Shown here: piece after piece, positions 26,855 through 27,276 of the stretch
How positions within the stretch are numbered: the first letter of the stretch is position 1
Layout: each line of letters opens with the position of its first letter
Assembly: GCA_963816145.1 (NCBI GenBank)
Contig: CAWFJP010000019.1
Coordinates: 1 to 27,276, forward strand
Origin: an uncultured delta proteobacterium
GTDB lineage: Bacteria; Desulfobacterota; Binatia; UBA9968
DNA length: 27,276 bases
Reading direction: 5' to 3'
Notes under the pieces: generated by a model
Told to the model about the DNA's origin: nothing
Database searches by the model: none
The model's input: only the letters and a program-made list of their open reading frames with translations
Translations under genes and position numbers: made by a program

Positions 26855-27193
26855 TCAAATTGCGTCCGCGCCTTTTTCACCGGTGCGAATGCGAATAATT
26901 TCTTCGACCGCCGTGACGAAAATCTTTCCGTCGCCGATTTTTCCTGTGCGCGCGCCCTGCACGATGCCGTCGACCACCTGAGCCGCCTTGGCATCGGTGA
27001 CCAGGACTTGAACTTTGACTTTAGGTAGGAAGTCGACGGTATATTCCGCCCCACGATAGAGTTCGGAATGACCCTTTTGCCGGCCGAACCCTTTGACTTC
27101 CATGACCGTCATGCCTTCGACCCCCATCTTGATGAGCGCCTCCTGCACATCGCCCAATTGCGATGGTTTGATAATCGCGGCGACCTGTTTCAT
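26855..27193 (-). CDS. glnB: Nitrogen regulatory protein P-II (GlnB/GlnK)
   Basis: 112 aa from ATG 27193 with AGGAG RBS; GFGRQKG, T-loop YRGAEY (Tyr51), [16 protein letters not shown]. glnB versus glnK cannot be decided here. Confidence 0.95.
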   Translation of the reverse strand: MKQVAAIIKPSQLGDVQEALIKMGVEGMTVMEVKGFGRQKGHSELYRGAEYTVDFLPKVKVQVLVTDAKAAQVVDGIVQGARTGKIGDGKIFVTAVEEIIRIRTGEKGADAI

Positions 27194-27276
27194 AAATGTT
27201 CTCCTTTTTACTTCGACCATCGCTACGGGTGTCCGTTTCCTGAGGCGCAGCAGCCTCTTTGGGCGCATCCTTGGCT

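Noticed and set aside
27194-27276. N-terminal extension of P-II or the tail of an upstream gene
   Set aside because: A strong RBS places the P-II start at 27193; the remaining 83 bp are too short to assign a frame or product.

Overview
Bacterial chromosomal window, moderately GC-rich, with about 20 protein-coding genes and no rRNA, tRNA, CRISPR array or transposase that I can see. The gene mix (amidohydrolase_2, xanthine-dehydrogenase-family molybdoenzyme, tandem VOC, cupin, orphan NMT1/SsuA-type binding protein) resembles uncultured Deltaproteobacteria such as Ca. Binatia; this is an impression, not a result. Left to right: ArsR-SulP operon with a perfect 13-6-13 operator; amidohydrolase; Zn-ribbon hypothetical; a membrane GAF histidine-kinase-like gene whose phospho-acceptor His is Asn, behind a sigma54-type promoter; a molybdoenzyme M-L-S operon divergent from VOC-cupin-SBP; two tandem class III cyclase-TM-TolB/TPR paralogues; MBL-fold hydrolase; choline-monooxygenase-like Rieske protein; argC; a frameshifted MFS; a frameshifted sigma54 activator convergent with a split KdpD-N/HK/REC-TPR operon; and P-II. 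The most unusual signals are intergenic 9-bp-period TKGAAC-N3 arrays (one direct, one inverted), the His-to-Asn pseudokinase, the split KdpD circuit without adjacent kdpFABC, and the cyclase pair with divergent sensor halves.
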